In this document: positions 19,301 through 27,655 of the stretch, in pieces
Position numbering within the stretch: the first letter of the stretch is position 1
How the letters are laid out: every line of letters starts with the position of its first letter
IMG/VR virus record: IMGVR_UViG_3300045988_088058
Location: 1-56,846 of that record
Strand: one strand, 5' to 3'
DNA: 56,846 nucleotides
Source of the DNA: a virus
Notes under the pieces: generated by a model
The model's database searches: none
What the model saw: only the letters and a program-made list of their open reading frames with translations
What the model was told of the DNA's origin: nothing
Position numbers and translations under genes: made by a program

Positions 19301-20055
19301 TAGTCACTTCCGTTATTGATAGAGGCAAAGGTCAAAGGTTCCTGACTTCCTTCCTCCTTTTTACCTGTGAGCTTGTAAGCGGTACAAAGGTTACGGGAGT
19401 CCTCTTGTCTCGTCACGTATTTCAAATTCTCCTCAACGACCAACGGAAAATCGACTTTTGACTCCGTGTAGGGTTGTAGAAATACGACTGTTCGAACTAT
19501 TCGAACTTCTTGCTCTAATAGCTCTTCATAGCCGAACGTGATCTCTAAATTGTATTGCTTTGCTAAATAGCGTAGGTGCCATAGCATGGAGTTTTCTTTA
19601 GCCGTAATGCTTCGAACTCTTTTATTAGCTCCGTCTGGTGGACATACTACTTGAACCCATTTACCTGCGTCCTTGATAATGTCCTGCGCTACGGCGCCGA
19701 CGGTAGTAGCTACATGCTTCAAAGGCTTAGGTAATCCTTCAGCGAGTTCATACCATAGAGCGTAGCAAGTGAACTTGGTTAGTCCTTTGGTATCTTCCAC
19801 GTCCTGCGCGTACTTAATACGGAACCAACGTCCTCCAAAACTAATAATATTTTCGACTTTTAAATGCTGGTAGATGGAAGATGTTTCAATACTTTCAAAA
19901 GAAAATACTTCCTTACCTCGCGCACGGGTTACGATTTCATCTTCGTACATCTTACTGAAGATTTCAACGCTGGCGCCAAGTAGATTGTAGTTTTGATCAT
20001 AAACATAAACAATATCGTCCGGGATAGGACTCATTATTAAGCCGTTATCTAACAT
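16390..20055 (-). CDS. Tail-associated baseplate/host-specificity protein (Tal-like) with collagen-like and tandem repeat modules
   Basis: 1221 aa; follows Dit; four ~80-aa repeats, each opened by G-X-Y triplets; GLQGLQGPQGLQGIPGPTG run. Confidence 0.75.
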   Translation of the reverse strand: MLDNGLIMSPIPDDIVYVYDQNYNLLGASVEIFSKMYEDEIVTRARGKEVFSFESIETSSIYQHLKVENIISFGGRWFRIKYAQDVEDTKGLTKFTCYALWYELAEGLPKPLKHVATTVGAVAQDIIKDAGKWVQVVCPPDGANKRVRSITAKENSMLWHLRYLAKQYNLEITFGYEELLEQEVRIVRTVVFLQPYTESKVDFPLVVEENLKYVTRQEDSRNLCTAYKLTGKKEEGSQEPLTFASINNGSDYLIDVSWFTARQMRPRYIAKSKSDERFKIKENLMSAARAYLDIYCRPLIGYEASAVLYKKIPDLHHTQLIVDDHYSVIEWRKISSRKIDYDDLSQSVLTFQDPRRDLMDLLNEDGEGVLAGELETESHVVIRYADDILGTNFNAESGKYIGVISTTKHPNELVPDDFTWVKLQGPEGPQGEQGTPGRDGVDGVAGKNGVGIADTSITYAVSVSGTQEPESGWSEQVPELIKGRFLWTKTFWRYTDGAHETGYSVAYIGQDGNTGKDGIAGKDGVGIAATEIMYASSNSATIAPAGGWSTQVPTVPQGHYLWTKTTWRYTDKTTETGYSVSRNGQDGAKGDPGRDGVPGKNGLGLKNTSVMYGISMNDTVQPGSWTSQVPALIKGQYLWTRTIWTYTDNTNETGYQKTYIPRDGNNGRDGIAGKDGVGIKSTTITYAGSTSGTVPPTTNWTSNIPNVQPGFFLWTKTVWTYTDNTNETGYSVSKIGETGPRGLQGLQGPQGLQGIPGPTGRDGRSQYTHIAFSDSPNGEGFSHTDQGRAYIGQYQDFNPEHSKDPAAYRWTKWKGNDGAQGIPGKPGADGKTNYFHIAYASSADGSREFSLEDRNQQYMGYYSDYTQADSTDRTKYKWFDRLANVQVGSQNLLRNTATLPIKDGVSPTWSIRSGGNGTAEVLTLDNYPVPGILKGIRVKNNTNGGNKDLGQNVKLIIGQRYTVSCWARVSSTSEKDTVNLLMRAWTVNDTNRVLFKTIRNKNWVKYSLSFTADTENNGIQFGQNGPGNIEICGMKLELGNVPTDWSLAVEDIQSQLDEKANQKLTDQQLLALTEKTQLHDAELKAKATMEQLSNLEKAYEGRMKANEEAIKKSEADLILAASRIEATIQELGGLRELKKFVDSYMSSSNEGLIIGKNDGSSTIKVSSDRISMFSAGKEVMYLTQGVIHIDNGIFTQSIQVGRFRTEQYSFNPDMNVIRYVG
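17400..18790 (-). repeat. In-frame tandem repeat region of the Tal gene
   Basis: Repeated ...GKDGVGI..T.I.YA.S.S......W...VP.....LWTKT.W.YTD...ETGYSV..., then two YxHIA...Y.G.Y.D...Y.W modules. Confidence 0.8.
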
Positions 20056-20067
20056 GAAATCTCCTTT

Positions 20068-20907
20068 CTAATAGTAAGACGGATTGAGGAACATCTCTAC
20101 CGTTACCGGCAAAGTCGTCGTCCATGCTGCCGTATCGTTTGCGCGATACTGAATTTTAATTGTAGCTTCACCAGTAGGTACTTTGAAAAAAGCTCCTCGT
20201 TTGATATACCTAAAGATATTTGTAGCTTGCTGACTCGCGCTGATTTTAATTAGTTCAAAAGTTCCTAAGTTCAACATGACAATTGAGCCGGCTTCCATTA
20301 GTACCGAGTTAGTCCCGAACTCTACAAACTGTCCTGAACTTTTTTCCTCGATACGGAAGTATCCGTTCAATTGATTTGCTGCTCGTAGCTCTAATCGAAC
20401 TTGACGAGTGGGACGTCCAGGGTTAGGAAGTTTATCTCCTCCATCAGCTGCTTTAAAAGTGTAAGGTTTTCGAATGACTGAATTAGTGTACTCGTAACCA
20501 TCTTTGAACTGAATCGAAATTTTGACAATCAAAGTCGCCTCACCTAAAACAGGAACTTCTGTCAGGGAACCATGTTCGTGTTCTCCTAAAAATTTACCGA
20601 ATCGATAAAAGTTAGGATCCTCTTTAGTGGACAACTTCCAAAATGATTTCGATCTAATGAACTGTTTAAACTCGCGATATTTTGCGTTTACTTGTTTTTC
20701 CGATACGCCTTTGAACATTACAGTGACGCTCCCTGTTAGGCCGGATAGAGCAGTAGACGGAGAATCTAATACTCCGTCTATCCCCTCTGGGTTTTTGAAC
20801 CCTGAATCCTTAAATCCTGCCAAGGTAAGTCCTGTATAGTCCAGCACGGTCGCTCCTTTAGTAGATAAGTCAATGCCATCTGCTAATAGCGTCTGTCTGT
20901 TAGCCAT
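20068..20907 (-). CDS. Distal tail protein (Dit)
   Basis: 279 aa; canonical position between tape measure and Tal. Confidence 0.6.
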   Translation of the reverse strand: MANRQTLLADGIDLSTKGATVLDYTGLTLAGFKDSGFKNPEGIDGVLDSPSTALSGLTGSVTVMFKGVSEKQVNAKYREFKQFIRSKSFWKLSTKEDPNFYRFGKFLGEHEHGSLTEVPVLGEATLIVKISIQFKDGYEYTNSVIRKPYTFKAADGGDKLPNPGRPTRQVRLELRAANQLNGYFRIEEKSSGQFVEFGTNSVLMEAGSIVMLNLGTFELIKISASQQATNIFRYIKRGAFFKVPTGEATIKIQYRANDTAAWTTTLPVTVEMFLNPSYY

Positions 20908-20917
20908 ACTAGCCTCC

Positions 20918-23900
20918 TTATGGTGTTACAATGTTACCAAACCCTGATAGAGTTTCTTTACTTTTATTATACAGTCCTCTTGAGAGTTTGTCAACGTCAT
21001 CATTGTTTCGAACTACGATTGTTCCAATAGTGATTGAGGTGTGATCCTTACCTCCTGAAGCTCCGCTTCCTTGAGGTTTGTCTGGATCCTTGTCCTTGTT
21101 ACCGTATAGGTCTACCTCTGGCGTTCTAATAGCGTCTAATACCTTACCGAATCCAGGTTTTGGAAGTTCGTCCGGCATTTCATCTACAATTTGTTCGAAA
21201 ACGTCTTTGACCTTTTGAACCACTCCATTTTCCTGGATGTTCATCTTCACATTGCTTAGAGCGTCCGTAACGGTTGAAGCCATTTCAATAGCTTTGTCAC
21301 GTGTCGTTCTAATCATGTTACCGATACCATTTACGAAACCTTGTCCAGTATATACCCCCATTTTTTCCATCACACGAGATGGTGAGTGGATACCTAGGAA
21401 GCCTTTGACAGCGTTCAATGCACTTTTAGCCATGTTAGCCGCAGCGTTTACGGCCGAGCTTACCATCGAACCGATACCGTTGATGAATCCTCGAACCAAG
21501 TTGACCCCGGCGCTTACCATTTGTCCAGCGAATCCAGTGATACGCGAGATCATGGAGCTACCCATTGAACCAATCTTACCTACTACGGAACCGATCATAG
21601 AACCGATACCACTAATAAGGTTTCGAATTAAGTTCGCTCCACCTGATAGCATTTGACCTAAGAAGCTAGCGATCTTACTTACCACTTGACCCATCATAGA
21701 GGCGATTGTGGAGACGAGTGACCCTAGTAGGGAGGCGATACCTTGGATCAGTGCTTGTAGCAACTGAACCCCTGCTTGAAGAAGTTTAGGAACATAGTCT
21801 ACAATGGCTTTGAGTAACGCCATCATAATTTGAATCGCTCCAGCAATAAGTTGAGGAATCACTTGAATAAGTCCTTGAATCAATGCTAGTAGCAACTTAA
21901 CTCCAGCCTCTAATAATTGAGGAAGGTTTGATAAGATTGAAGTTAGTAGCGTCGTAATAATTTCAATCGCTGTTACAATGAGTTGAGGAATCATTTGAAT
22001 CAATCCTTGAATTAGTGCCATTAGGATTTGAACCCCTGCCTCTAATATTGGACCGATATTCTCAATTAGAGCGTTCACTAGACCTATGATGATCTGTAGG
22101 GCTGCTTCTAGAATCATTGGTAAGGCTTGAATAAGTCCTTGAACTAAACCTGTAATGATTTGTAGAGCCGCCTCTATGATAGCAGGTAGAGCCTGCACCA
22201 GACCTTGGATAAGGGCTTGAATAATCTGTATAGCTGCTCCGATGATTGTAGGTAGAGCCTGAATGAGCCCGTTAAATAGCGCCATAATAATCTGTAACGC
22301 GGCCTGAATAATTGTAGGTAGGGCTTGAGCAATACCGTTTATCAAAGCCGTTAAGATTTGAACTCCTGCCTGAATAATAGTAGGTAGGATAGTCGATAGC
22401 GTATTCACTAGCGTTTCAATTACCTGAGAAATAACTGAGACAACTCCTGGAATAGCATTAGCCATACCTTCAATGAGCTTGATTAGTATCTCAGTTCCTT
22501 TTTGAACAAATATAGGTAGGTATTGGTTAATCGCATCCGCTGCACCTTGAATGGTACTTGAAAGATTATCAAATACTTGAGTGATTCCGTCAGCGTTCAA
22601 TTGACCTGTACGAGCCCACGCAGATAGGAAGGAGACTACAAGACTAATGACAAACCCTAGCGGTCCAGTGATACCTAAGAACGCAAGTCCTACCTTAGTT
22701 AGAACAGACACGGCGATTGACATGACTCCTCCGACCTTGCCGAATGCTCCTCCTAACCTCTCTAGGCCATTGCTAATGAAAGAGCCTATCGAAGATCCTG
22801 CTTGTCCGATGTTGATTCCGAATTGTTGTAAGACGTTAGCTATTTTCGAACTAATAGCTGATCCGAACTCTTTAGCCTTATCAGCCGCCTTCTGCATCCA
22901 CTCCCAAAGGACTTTCAGCTTTTCAGCTGTCCATTCAACCGCAATTCCTAGCCCTTTCTTAATCGCCGGAGCTAAAGCATTGATAAAGTTCCGGAACGTC
23001 TCTGACTTAGTATAAGCTATCATAAAGACCGCGACGAGAGCGTAGAATGCGGCTATCACCAGGGCTATTGTTCCCATGGTACCCATAAAGGCAGGACCTA
23101 AGAACTGCATGGCGATTCGAAGTTTAACCATGGTAGTCATCACCGTACCTGCTATTAGCAGTAGCGGACCAAGTGCTGCTACCATTCCAGCGAAGATGAC
23201 TACCATCTTTTGACCTACTGGTGACATATTGAGGAAGGCTTCAATCATTTTAGTGATGCCGCCTACAACCTTAGCCAAGGCTGGTTCTAAAATTTGCTGA
23301 ATGACGATTGCAGCAGATTCGAACGCTCCTCCCATTTGCTCAATCTTACTAGCAAGGTTATCTTGCATAGTCTCTGCCATTTCTTTAGCAGCTCCGTCGG
23401 AGTTGATTAAAGCGTTGGTCATTTTATCTAACTTTTCAGGCCCTGCGTCTAATAGTGCAAGCATACCTGATAGAGAGTTTTGACCGTACAAGGTTACCAG
23501 GTGTCGGTTTTTCTCTTCTTGAGTAAGTCCAGCGGTAGCCGTTTTCAACTGAGCAAGTTGATCTTTAAGTGGAATCATCTTACCGTTCGCGTCGTAGAAT
23601 GATACACCTAATTCATCCATAGATTTAACCATGGCCTTAGTAGGTTTAGCTATACGCGAGAGAGCTCCTCTAAGCGTGGTTCCGGCTTGTGAGCCCTTAA
23701 TACCGGCGTCGGCCATAATACCAATAGATGCAGCCGTTTCTTCTAGGCTCAAGCCCATTGAGTGAGCAACTGGAGCGACATATTTCATCGCCTCTGCCAT
23801 GTCACTTGTCTCAGCGTTAGTGTCTGCAGCTGCTCGAGCGAATACGTCAGCAACGTGTCCAGCTTTTCCTGCTTCTAGTCCGAACGCACGAAGTGAGCTA

Positions 23901-24367
23901 GCCATAGCTTCAGAACTTGCGGCTACATCTCCTCCTGAAACGGCAGCGAGGTCAAGTACCCCTGGCATGGCGTCCATGATTTCATTTACCCCGAAACCTG
24001 CTGAAGCGAGATTTTCCATACCTTGAGCAGCCTCTTTAGCACTGAAGGCCGTTTTCGCTCCAAGGTCAATCGCTTGACGCTTCATTTGATCCAACTCACC
24101 GCCAGTAGCACCTGCGATAGCTTGAACACGAGACATTTGAGCTTGGAACTCATTCCCTACCTTAATGGAAGTTGCAGCTATACCTAAAAGAGGTAACGTT
24201 ACGGCGGTAGATAATACCTTACCCATGCCTGTCAACGCTGAACCAATTTGGAAGGATTTGGACGTCTCAACTGCTAGTCGTTGAGCTTGGTTCTGTGCCA
24301 AGTTCAGTTGATTAGTAAAATTGGAAATGTCTAGCGTCATTTTAGCTGCTATTGATCCAAAATCCAT
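20918..24367 (-). CDS. Tail tape measure protein
   Basis: 1149 aa; TP901-type core (AMKYVAPVAHSMGLSLEETAASIGIMADAGIKGSQAGT); hydrophobic segments; ~22-aa ALIQGLIQALP repeats. Confidence 0.92.
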   Translation of the reverse strand: MDFGSIAAKMTLDISNFTNQLNLAQNQAQRLAVETSKSFQIGSALTGMGKVLSTAVTLPLLGIAATSIKVGNEFQAQMSRVQAIAGATGGELDQMKRQAIDLGAKTAFSAKEAAQGMENLASAGFGVNEIMDAMPGVLDLAAVSGGDVAASSEAMASSLRAFGLEAGKAGHVADVFARAAADTNAETSDMAEAMKYVAPVAHSMGLSLEETAASIGIMADAGIKGSQAGTTLRGALSRIAKPTKAMVKSMDELGVSFYDANGKMIPLKDQLAQLKTATAGLTQEEKNRHLVTLYGQNSLSGMLALLDAGPEKLDKMTNALINSDGAAKEMAETMQDNLASKIEQMGGAFESAAIVIQQILEPALAKVVGGITKMIEAFLNMSPVGQKMVVIFAGMVAALGPLLLIAGTVMTTMVKLRIAMQFLGPAFMGTMGTIALVIAAFYALVAVFMIAYTKSETFRNFINALAPAIKKGLGIAVEWTAEKLKVLWEWMQKAADKAKEFGSAISSKIANVLQQFGINIGQAGSSIGSFISNGLERLGGAFGKVGGVMSIAVSVLTKVGLAFLGITGPLGFVISLVVSFLSAWARTGQLNADGITQVFDNLSSTIQGAADAINQYLPIFVQKGTEILIKLIEGMANAIPGVVSVISQVIETLVNTLSTILPTIIQAGVQILTALINGIAQALPTIIQAALQIIMALFNGLIQALPTIIGAAIQIIQALIQGLVQALPAIIEAALQIITGLVQGLIQALPMILEAALQIIIGLVNALIENIGPILEAGVQILMALIQGLIQMIPQLIVTAIEIITTLLTSILSNLPQLLEAGVKLLLALIQGLIQVIPQLIAGAIQIMMALLKAIVDYVPKLLQAGVQLLQALIQGIASLLGSLVSTIASMMGQVVSKIASFLGQMLSGGANLIRNLISGIGSMIGSVVGKIGSMGSSMISRITGFAGQMVSAGVNLVRGFINGIGSMVSSAVNAAANMAKSALNAVKGFLGIHSPSRVMEKMGVYTGQGFVNGIGNMIRTTRDKAIEMASTVTDALSNVKMNIQENGVVQKVKDVFEQIVDEMPDELPKPGFGKVLDAIRTPEVDLYGNKDKDPDKPQGSGASGGKDHTSITIGTIVVRNNDDVDKLSRGLYNKSKETLSGFGNIVTP
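21740..22440 (-). repeat. About ten tandem ~22-aa (66-nt) repeats inside the tape measure gene
   Basis: ALINGIAQALPTIIQAALQIIM / ALFNGLIQALPTIIGAAIQIIQ / ALIQGLVQALPAIIEAALQIIT and so on. Confidence 0.8.
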
Positions 24368-24411
24368 ATATCTTCCTTTCTATTCAATAAAAATAGGAGC
24401 GACTAAATAAG

Positions 24412-24606
24412 TCACTCCATTAGCATTTGCAAACCTGGATTCTTTTTCTCGTCTCCAGGGTACCTAGGAGTCTTATCGTCCGCGATGTAACGAATGTAAG
24501 CGACTGCCGCAGTATCGAAGCAATAGCGTCCAATTTCTGTGGTCAGTCCTACGACATCACTAGGTCTAATATGAAATTCAGTAGCGACTGCTATGACATT
24601 AGACAT
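24412..24606 (-). CDS. Second tail assembly chaperone ORF (+1 frame relative to the upstream chaperone)
   Basis: 64 aa; ATG lies 5 nt before the upstream stop (ATGTCTAA). Confidence 0.5.
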   Translation of the reverse strand: MSNVIAVATEFHIRPSDVVGLTTEIGRYCFDTAAVAYIRYIADDKTPRYPGDEKKNPGLQMLME

Positions 24607-25057
24607 TTCCTTCGTTTGAACGAAAGGACTCCGCCGAAGCTACCTCACCGTACATGGCGCTGAAGATCGTCATCAACTGATCATCTGTCATATACTCCCC
24701 GATTTCTGCGTAAGTAGGTTGAACCAACGCAGCTTCCGCAAAGACACGCAATAACTCGGCCATGTCCTGCAAGCCTGAATCACTTTTGTTCAGTTTTTCC
24801 AAGGCTTTACGTTTTTGGTCATCCGTAATCGCGTTCATTGAAAGGTCGTCTTTAACGACTTCTTGAGTTTCCCCAAAAAGTTCAGTGACCTTACCTAAAA
24901 GGGTATTAGGAATACGACCGTTCGCGATCAAGTTCATTACCCCAGCCGAGCGAATTTGAACATAAATTGGCTCGGCGCCTTTTCCAAAACCTGGAAGAGG
25001 GATAACTTGAAATGATTTTTGACGAAATTGTTCAGCGGTGATAATGTTGTTATTCAT
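24599..25057 (-). CDS. Tail assembly chaperone
   Basis: 152 aa; acidic; between major tail and tape measure genes. Confidence 0.65.
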   Translation of the reverse strand: MNNNIITAEQFRQKSFQVIPLPGFGKGAEPIYVQIRSAGVMNLIANGRIPNTLLGKVTELFGETQEVVKDDLSMNAITDDQKRKALEKLNKSDSGLQDMAELLRVFAEAALVQPTYAEIGEYMTDDQLMTIFSAMYGEVASAESFRSNEGNV

Positions 25058-25075
25058 AGCAGTACCTTTCTAAAT

Positions 25076-25858
25076 TTATGCGTATTGTGCGACAAGTGTA
25101 ATATCGCGGTCAGGCATAACACTTGTATCGAAGTTCCACATAGTGGTTTCACCTAGGACTTTCCAGCCTTTGAAGACCTTACCGTCTGTGCGTGTAGGAT
25201 CTGCTGGTTTAGGTGTTACCTTTTTACCGACTTCTACTTTGACAGAGTTAGCCGTTCCGTTACCGCCAGCTAAATCATACTTCACATTGCGAAGGATAGC
25301 AGGGAGTGTAGGAACGTAGTCCATTGACTTAACAGGAAGTCCAGCTTTGGTAGCCTCGCGGGCTTTGATTTTGAACTCAGGTGCATAGAACTCTTTACCA
25401 ATGTTGAGTCCTGGAGCGCTACCAGTACAGTTGTTCAAAGTGATTTTGACGTAGTTGACGATTGAGTCCCCTACATAGTTAGGCACATAAATATTCATCC
25501 TAAATGGCTTCATATTTGTTGCGCCTTGTGCAAGCATCGGTGAGTCATATCCGGCGATAGCTTCGTTCACTTTGCGAACAGTACCCCCTTCAATGAGCGC
25601 CATAATTTCAGGGTCAAACGTGTTGTCCTTGAATGTTAGGTCGTAACCATACAAAAGGTCTGGAGTACGCACGATCGCAAGAATACGAGTATCATTGCGC
25701 TTGATGTCTTCCGTACCTTCCGAGGTTACTGACTCAAGTTCCGCAGTTTCAGCGGTGTCGACTGTAAACTTAGATCCACCAACTTTTGGTAGTTGAGTGA
25801 GTGGGTCAAGTTCTTCGATTTCGACAAACTTAATTCCGTAAAGAATATCCTTACTCAT
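25076..25858 (-). CDS. Major tail (tube) protein with C-terminal Listeria-Bacteroides repeat domain
   Basis: 260 aa; position; C-terminus VKYDLAGGNGT...GKVFKGWKV...WNFDT...DITLVAQY fits the Flg_new repeat pattern. Confidence 0.7.
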   Translation of the reverse strand: MSKDILYGIKFVEIEELDPLTQLPKVGGSKFTVDTAETAELESVTSEGTEDIKRNDTRILAIVRTPDLLYGYDLTFKDNTFDPEIMALIEGGTVRKVNEAIAGYDSPMLAQGATNMKPFRMNIYVPNYVGDSIVNYVKITLNNCTGSAPGLNIGKEFYAPEFKIKAREATKAGLPVKSMDYVPTLPAILRNVKYDLAGGNGTANSVKVEVGKKVTPKPADPTRTDGKVFKGWKVLGETTMWNFDTSVMPDRDITLVAQYA

Positions 25859-26245
25859 TTATAGATTTCCTCCTTGTGGTATTCTATATTCGATTTCTAG
25901 TCTATAACGAGATAACATCGTGTCGAAGTAGTCCCCTGTCTCGGAGTAGGTTACCTCGTAACCCATGTCCTTGATCAGTTGTCGAACTCTTTGACCGTAG
26001 TCATCTATCCCTATAATTGAATTAGAGTGGACGTAGATTTGAACCTTCCAGTATGCAAAACTTCCTAGGCGATTTGTAGCACTAGGCATTCGATGACTGA
26101 ACCTAAGTACGATATAATCATCCGGACGGTCTAATTCATCCTCCGTTTCGCCGAACTGAAGTCCGGGAAGCATTGGCGTAGGAGACAGTTGGTAAGTTGG
26201 TAGTATCTCCTTTAGTCTGTCCATCATTGAAGTACGTTTTGTCAT
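25859..26245 (-). CDS. Tail completion / tail terminator protein
   Basis: 128 aa; synteny directly before the tube gene. Confidence 0.5.
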   Translation of the reverse strand: MTKRTSMMDRLKEILPTYQLSPTPMLPGLQFGETEDELDRPDDYIVLRFSHRMPSATNRLGSFAYWKVQIYVHSNSIIGIDDYGQRVRQLIKDMGYEVTYSETGDYFDTMLSRYRLEIEYRIPQGGNL

Positions 26246-26254
26246 TCCATCCTC

Positions 26255-26602
26255 CTAGCTTACTAATCGTCTTAGAGCCCTAAACAATTCTTCCACATTG
26301 TCCTCTATAGACTGTTCTAGTATCTTATACTTGCGCCCGTGCGCTAGTTCCAACCAAAAGCCGTAGCTCATATGGTGTGATACTGCGATCATAATTTGAT
26401 CCTTACTGACCCATGCGGCTTCCCCTTTCAGTTTTTGCCGGGCGTTACCAGTACGGTCCGTCCAAATCGCGTTAGACTTAGCGTAAGCCTCCATTTTAGT
26501 AGAAGCTATCTCACAGATTAGTAAAACGGATACAAGGAACTTGCTTCGGTATTGCTCACAGGACTGAACGAACTCACTAGGATCCCATACAAGATCAGCC
26601 AT
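26255..26602 (-). CDS. HK97 gp10-like neck protein
   Basis: 115 aa; WTDRTGNARQ...YGFWLELAHG pattern. Confidence 0.5.
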   Translation of the reverse strand: MADLVWDPSEFVQSCEQYRSKFLVSVLLICEIASTKMEAYAKSNAIWTDRTGNARQKLKGEAAWVSKDQIMIAVSHHMSYGFWLELAHGRKYKILEQSIEDNVEELFRALRRLVS

Positions 26603-26994
26603 TAGTCCTTTACCTCCAATTTCAGTTCAACTACGATATTTTGCTCTAAAATATTATGGACTTCAACTACTCGATACCGTCTACCTGATTGAATAATCGT
26701 AACGGTATCACTAGGAACAATGTTCGAACCTCCGTCATTATACATGATGAAGATTCTAATCCCATTTTGAGCAAAAATTCTACCAGCGTCCGTAGCATTG
26801 GACAGTAGGTCAGGTCCGGTTGAATTGTCGAATAGACAAGTGGCGTTTTCTAATACGATTTCCTTTGATTTGTCTCGTTTCTTACCACCGTAACCGTCAC
26901 TGACCCAGCTATCCCTTGTTACTTTTATCTTAGTAGGTGCAGTCTCAATAGCTCGACGAACTTGTTCTTCGACATAATTGTAGTCATAAGTCAT
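26602..26994 (-). CDS. Head closure protein
   Basis: 130 aa; synteny; ATG/stop coupling. Confidence 0.45.
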   Translation of the reverse strand: MTYDYNYVEEQVRRAIETAPTKIKVTRDSWVSDGYGGKKRDKSKEIVLENATCLFDNSTGPDLLSNATDAGRIFAQNGIRIFIMYNDGGSNIVPSDTVTIIQSGRRYRVVEVHNILEQNIVVELKLEVKD

Positions 26995-27308
26995 GTTCCG
27001 TCCGCCCTTTTCATTAAAATAGTAGACCCTGTACTAGCTGAAAGGTCTTGCTCTTGTTGCTCTGCTTTATACTCATCATAGAAGAACCGAGCCATGTTCT
27101 TCCAGTATTCGGCGTCACCTTTCAAAGTAATAGGTCCAAGAGTCACAGCGTCATTGCGCGTTTTAAGAAGACATAATTTATAGCTTACATACGCAACTGA
27201 CTTGTGACGATCTAAAAGAGCGGAGATGTACGTTTCCGGATATGGATTAGGGGATTGAGTGTTCCCTATATTCTCCATAACCAAGTCAATATCCGCTTTT
27301 TCTGCCAT
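26991..27308 (-). CDS. Head-tail connector (gp6-like) protein
   Basis: 105 aa; synteny after the capsid gene. Confidence 0.45.
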   Translation of the reverse strand: MAEKADIDLVMENIGNTQSPNPYPETYISALLDRHKSVAYVSYKLCLLKTRNDAVTLGPITLKGDAEYWKNMARFFYDEYKAEQQEQDLSASTGSTILMKRADGT

Positions 27309-27309
27309 G

Positions 27310-27639
27310 TTACTCTCCTAGTTCGTAGTCAATAAGTGCGTCGATATATTCACTCTTGCGAGTAAGTCCAGTTAGGTCAATACCGTTAGCCTGCGCCAGT
27401 TCAGCGAGTTGAGGGACAGTCATTGCGGCATACTCTTGTCGCATTTTTTCAACTTCGTCCTCGTCATCTAAAACTGAACTATCTTTAGTGACGTCCGTAC
27501 CTTCGGCTTCCTTCAGTTCAAAAGCCAAACCACTTTCGACAAGGGAAGCAGCAAGCGCATCAGGGCAGTGAAATACTGAACCCGTATGCGCTACACTTCC
27601 GGAGACAATCAACGTACTCAGTGCTTTTAGTGTAGCCAT
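27310..27639 (-). CDS. Small acidic protein with C-terminal HeH/Rho-N-like motif
   Basis: 109 aa; MTVPQLAELAQANGIDLTGLTRKSEYIDALI. Confidence 0.45.
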   Translation of the reverse strand: MATLKALSTLIVSGSVAHTGSVFHCPDALAASLVESGLAFELKEAEGTDVTKDSSVLDDEDEVEKMRQEYAAMTVPQLAELAQANGIDLTGLTRKSEYIDALIDYELGE

Positions 27640-27655
27640 AAATTACCTCCTAAAA

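Noticed and set aside
24599-24660. Canonical -1 programmed frameshift (G/GT type) in the tail chaperone
   Set aside because: The -1 frame closes within a few codons and no XXXYYYZ heptamer is present. The alternative explanation is reported as a low-interest finding.
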